From NCBI RefSeq assembly GCF_001447785.1, contig NW_015170314.1:296965-360964 (forward strand): a DNA stretch of 64,000 bases, given 5' to 3'. A model generated the notes under the pieces. It did not search any database. It was not told the DNA's origin and saw only the letters and a list, made by a program, of their open reading frames with translations. Below, one piece after another: positions 59,191-64,000 of the stretch. The translations under genes and the position numbers were made by a program. This DNA comes from Gekko japonicus (Eukaryota). Position 1 is the stretch's first letter, and each line of letters begins with the position of its first letter.

Positions 59191-60798
59191 CACAAGGGCC
59201 CACAGGCCCAGTTTGGAACGAAGGACATTCTTAAAATTCATTTTTAGTGCAACCTGCTTCTTTACCAAAAGATTGTAGGCTTAAATTTCAACCAAAATCA
59301 GAAGGGGGAAAAAAAAACACTGTTAGGTGGTCTCACAAAAATATTTTTACCTCCACAGTATAACCTCTTTCTGAATATTTAGTGGATTTGGGAAGCACAA
59401 CTTTACAAGAGACGATACTTAATGCACTGCGTATGGTACAGAACGATTCCAGGGTCAGTTTACGCTCTCTCGGTCATGTCGCACGGCAGCAGCTACACAT
59501 GATCCTCTTTTGGAACGCAAACCAGGGGAGTGTTTTGCACTTTTACACCCTTCCCACTATAGGACACAGTGATAAATGCACCTTTGGGCACAATCTGGAA
59601 AGGAAACCATTTCCTACCACTCAATTTTTTACACTATTTACATGGCCAAAGAAATCCTGCCACTTCCAAGGCTTGGATGGCCAAGATAGCGATGCTGCAG
59701 CACCAGCAGCATCTCTGGTCTCAAGAAAGAGAGCGGCCCCCAACTGGAACTGGGACTTTGGCCACCACTGAACTCGCGAAGGGAAGCTGAGCACCCCTAT
59801 CTTTCTCTGGGTTACAGCCAATAAGGACAACCGACCAGGGGCTTCTCTGCTGCACAGTCCTGGGGTTTAAACAAGGGGAACTGTGACCTTACATTCATGT
59901 CAACAGCCTGGATGTCACCCTGCAGTTCCGCCTTCAGTCTCAACACCCATCAGAATTTCCTCTCTTACCTTGCCTGGGGGGAAAAAATCCAAATGCAGAA
60001 ATAGAGATGACACCATTTTTTTTTTAATCGCACCGTTCCCCTGAACCACATCTCCTGTTCAGAAGTGAAGCAGCATCTTAACTATAAAATGAAGGCCTGA
60101 GTGGGGGCGGGAAAGTGGAGTCTTGCAAGTTCTCCGGAAGAAGCATATTTTCAGAAACGGTTCAAACAAAATTTCTGCAGGTACAGTGGGGGACAGAACA
60201 ATGCATTCCCTTTTGCATTAAAGTGCTTTCAAAGGGTTCCTGCAACTAGAAAAACCTGAATACATGCTGAATTCCCAAAGTAAACTGGAACGTGAACCAT
60301 CAGGAGGCCCGTGTTCTGCTCCGTCCCTCACTAAACATATGCTAGTCTAGAGGACAGGAGGACAGAGAGGCCAGGCGGGTCCACTTTCCGTGATCAAATG
60401 GCAATTTCTTCACCGCCCCTTTCAGGTCTCTCTCTCTCTCTCCCTTTTCTTCTTAAAGCTTTTTGCAATCCAGCTTGCTTGCTTTTGGGAACTCAAAAGG
60501 GGCCTTCGGACGGCTGGGCCAGGCCTGGCCGGGCCTTTGTTCCCATGATCAGAAAGAAGCACGAGCTCCTCACATGATTCTACACAGCTGGTACGTTGTA
60601 AGAGGGGAAAGCCTGCAAATTCATCCACTGTACAAAATACAGCATTCGCTGGACTTGCTTCTGGAAAGTGCTGGCAAGCTAGTAAATCTGTACAGCTGGC
60701 AATAAAAATTACCAGCAACCGTAGGTATATTTATATATTTATATATATATTTGTTTAAAAAATAAAGAAAGGAACATTTGAGGGGGGGGAGGTGGGGA

Positions 60799-60928
60799 TT
60801 ATAGCAACATGGTGGCCGGCTTCTGCAGGAACTTCTTGAACTCGGCGAGCCACTGGGCTCCGACAGCCCCGTCCACAACACGGTGGTCGCAGCTCAGGGT
60901 CACTGACATCACGCTGGCCACGTCGAAC
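60799..60928 (-). CDS. DLAT: Dihydrolipoamide S-acetyltransferase (PDC-E2), terminal exon
   Basis: [42 protein letters not shown], containing the catalytic DHRxxDG motif. Confidence 0.97.
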
Positions 60929-62466
60929 CTGGGTGGGGAGAGAGGGCCCGGGTGCTTAGCTCTCTGAAAACCCAGCCCAGAAAAGAAAGTCCTGGTCCAA
61001 CCTACTGTTTTGTTCAAAAAACCCTCTCTTCAGGTTGCAGCTGCACTTCTTGAGCTTTCTTGAACCCAAATCTGTCTGGATGAATACACAAAGCTGCCTC
61101 TGATCTCCTCGCTTATCATCGCCTGCTCGGACGGGCAGCGGCTCTCCAGCAGACTGAACACTGGCAGGCTCTTCCCGATGAAACCAAAGCTCCCCCCCCC
61201 CTTTACTTATTTTTTATTTCCCATGTTTATAGCCCACCTGTACACAGGGTGAGCTGAAAAGTCTATATGAAGAGACATCCAGGAAGCACGCTGGATGTTG
61301 ATACAGTCAATGTGAGGAGACATCAAACGAGCAACGTACTAGGAGTGCCGAAATGTGAAAGAATAGAGCAGGGGCGGCCAAACTGTGACTCGGGAGCCAC
61401 ACGTGGCTCTTTCGCACATGTTGTGTGGCTCCCGGCAGGGCAGCTGAGAAAGCGAAGGGGAGGTGTGCCTCCCCGATTGGTCTTCCCTTCCCCAGCCATT
61501 GTTCCCCTTCCTGGCTTGAGACGGGGGGGGGAGCAGAAAAAGAAAGCCACTCTAAATGCGTTCTCAAAGACCCAGCCCTACAAATATCATTGCACAAATA
61601 AATGTCATCATCAATATCTATTTTTGTCCCTTTTGTTTTTATTTCTGGCAGTCTCATTTAACGTTAATAAAAAGCAAATCTGCCTATTTCCCAATAAAAA
61701 CACGTCTGCAATATTTGTTCATGTCATGCGGCTCTCAAACATGTGACGTTTACTCCATGTGGCTCTTACGTTAAACAAGTTTGGCCACCCGTGGAGTACA
61801 GCATATTATACCTGATACAGAGTGTGGATATAATGAAGGAGAACGGTATTTCATCAGTAGCCACTTTAAGAACATAAGAGAAGCCAATGCTGGATCAGAC
61901 CAAAAGCCCATCCAGTCCAACACTCTGTCACACAGTGCCCAGAAATACCAGCGCCATCAGGAGGTCCACCAGTGGGGCCAGGACATTAGAAGCCCTCCCA
62001 CTGCTGACCTTTCAGATTCCTGGTTTCTGAATTACGTTGCACTGATGTTGAAACTATTACAGTGTACCCTCAACTGACTGTGCACCAGGGTCCTCCTTTG
62101 GCTAACACTGGTTATGTCAGAGAAAGACAGTGTCAAAACATCCAGAACTAGTGCCACAAGCAGCCCAGTCCTGTGCACGCACACTTGGAAGCGTGCTTTG
62201 GACAGTATCTGATGAAAGCTTGGGTTTTACAGTCTTTTTTTGAACCCACTGATTGGTTAAGGATCTATGCGTCCTTTTGCACTGCCTCAGATTACGTCAC
62301 TGAGGATTCTGCAGGGGAGAAGAGGCCGTTCAGGCAAACTGCAAGTGAAGAAGAAAGCATCGGCCCCGTCTTCCCCACGAATGATGGAATGTCCCCTTTG
62401 ACTGTAATGCCCCAACGCTGCTCCTGTACGCACTGGCTCGTACCTAAGGTATCTAAACACACTTAC

Positions 62467-62603
62467 CCCTTTTCATTATCTGCCGGCACCAGCCGTTTCT
62501 CAGAAGCACCAACGGCCAAAATGCAAGCCTGTGGAGGATTGATGATGGCAGAGAAGTTCTTGATGCCGTACATCCCTAAATTGGAGACCGTGAAAGTTCC
62601 ACC
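62467..62603 (-). CDS. DLAT: DLAT exon
   Basis: 137 bp; [45 protein letters not shown](G); canonical AG/GT. Confidence 0.97.
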
Positions 62604-62640
62604 CTGTCAAGAAACACACCGTAGTTGTAATTTTAAAAAG

Positions 62641-63076
62641 CAGGGCTTTTTTGGTAGAAAAAGCCCAGCAGGAACTCATTAGCATAACAGGCCACACCCC
62701 TGACAGTGCTGCTCATTAGCATATTAGACCACACCCCATGCCTTCCCTTGGCTTGCCCGGGCAAGGCCCCCCCCCCCGAAAGAAAGGGAAGGCAGTTTAA
62801 ACTGCCTTCACTTGGCTTGCCTGGGCGCCCCGTGGCTGCAGGGTGCCCGGGCAAGCTGGCCTTTGGACAGGCCAGGGAAGACACGGGGAGGCATTTAAAG
62901 GCCTCCCCGATCCTTCCAGGGCCCCCCTGGCCCCCCTGCCTCAGAGTCACGGGGGTTACTCTCCAGGCCTTCCCTCTGTAGCCACGCACGCAAAGGTTTT
63001 GGGTGTCGTGGGCGTGGCCAACTCTGAAGCCAGCCGGAACTCCGTTCCTGTGCGTTCCTGCCCAAAAATAGCCCTG
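62641..63076. mobile_element. hAT-type MITE (CAGGGCTTTTTT ends)
   Basis: TIRs CAGGGCT.TTTT; TSD TTAAAAAG/CTAAAAAG; begins 38 bp from a DLAT exon boundary, on its acceptor side. Confidence 0.8.
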
Positions 63077-63503
63077 CTAAAAAGCCATAAATAAATAAAA
63101 TAAAAAAGGAAACAGTGTCGTGTTCCAGGTCATTGTGCCTGGCAGGTTGTCACCTCTGCAAAGGAAGAGGACACATGAACACATGAAGCTGCCTTACACT
63201 GAATCGGAACCTCGGTCCATCAAAAGTCAGTACTGTCTACTGAGACTGGCAGCAGCTCTCCAGGGTCTCAGGCGGAGGTCTTTCACATCATCTATTGCCT
63301 AGTCCATTTTAAAACTGGAGATGCCAGGGATTGAACCTGGGACCTTCTGGATGCCAAGTAGATGCTCTACCCGCCGAGCCACAGCCTCTCCCCTAAACAC
63401 TCTGCAAATCTGCTTCCTAGACAGCCATACAAGCTCAAGTCTCTCTGGACATCCAGACTGCAGTGGCGGCTTTGGGGAGGCGCTCCCGGTCCACACTCCT
63501 CAC

Positions 63504-63666
63504 CTGAAATTCATGCGGCTGGAGCTTGCCCTCGCGAGCTTTGGCGGCCAACGTCACAACATCTTGGTTAATGGAAGCCAGTCCCTTTATATGCGCATTA
63601 AACACAATTGGAGTTATGAGCCCCGCTGGGGTACTGACTGCAACGTTGACGTCCACCACGTGATTC
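63504..63666 (-). CDS. DLAT: DLAT exon
   Basis: 163 bp; [29 protein letters not shown]...[13 protein letters not shown]. Confidence 0.97.
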
Positions 63667-63908
63667 CTGGAAGAGGCACAAAGAAGAAACAAGTAAGACC
63701 GGGGGGGGGGGGGGGGGAGAGTGGCAGGAACTCCTTGCAGCCGATCCCTGCCTGCCTTCTCCAAACCCTTCCGACCTCACTTGCTTGCATGAGAAGTTCC
63801 GTAACAACCAGCCACAGCCCCCAGGGTGCTCAGAGGGCTCCGGCGTGCTCTTAGGTGCAGCCGCTCGTTATCGAGAACTCTTTAGGTCATCTTAGGGCTG
63901 ATCACTTA

Positions 63909-64000
<92 letters not shown>

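Overview
Vertebrate nuclear DNA, very probably a squamate and most likely a gecko (inferred from Sauria SINEs, abundant MIR/Ther1-derived Squam3-type SINEs, BovB, CR1 and Penelope remnants). The window holds the conserved block SDHD(-) / TIMM8B(+) / NKAPD1(-) / PIH1D2(+) / DLAT(-), in the same relative order and orientation as human 11q23. I reconstructed complete spliced CDSs for TIMM8B (84 aa), NKAPD1 (294 aa) and PIH1D2 (324 aa), plus SDHD exons 2-3 and the last four DLAT exons. There are two head-to-head CpG-island promoters. Introns are dense with repeats: several hAT-type MITE families with 8-bp TSDs, three SINE types, a solo LTR, LINE fragments and Penelope foldbacks carrying minimal hammerhead motifs. 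Points worth a second look: (1) SDHD has no canonical ATG exon next to TIMM8B, and one phase-compatible candidate is an antisense 5S-SINE inside TIMM8B intron 1; (2) tandem arrays recur that are built from retroelement 3' ends (CR1, 5S-SINE, Squam3); (3) a TSD-flanked copy of only the 5' end of an L1 sits upstream of the NKAPD1 CDS; (4) NF-kB/AP-1/IRF clusters lie in SDHD intron 3; (5) an RFX X-box lies at the PIH1D2 promoter. Almost all ORFs in the supplied track are spurious. Repeat family names come from recognition by eye, not from a database search, and most repeat boundaries are approximate.
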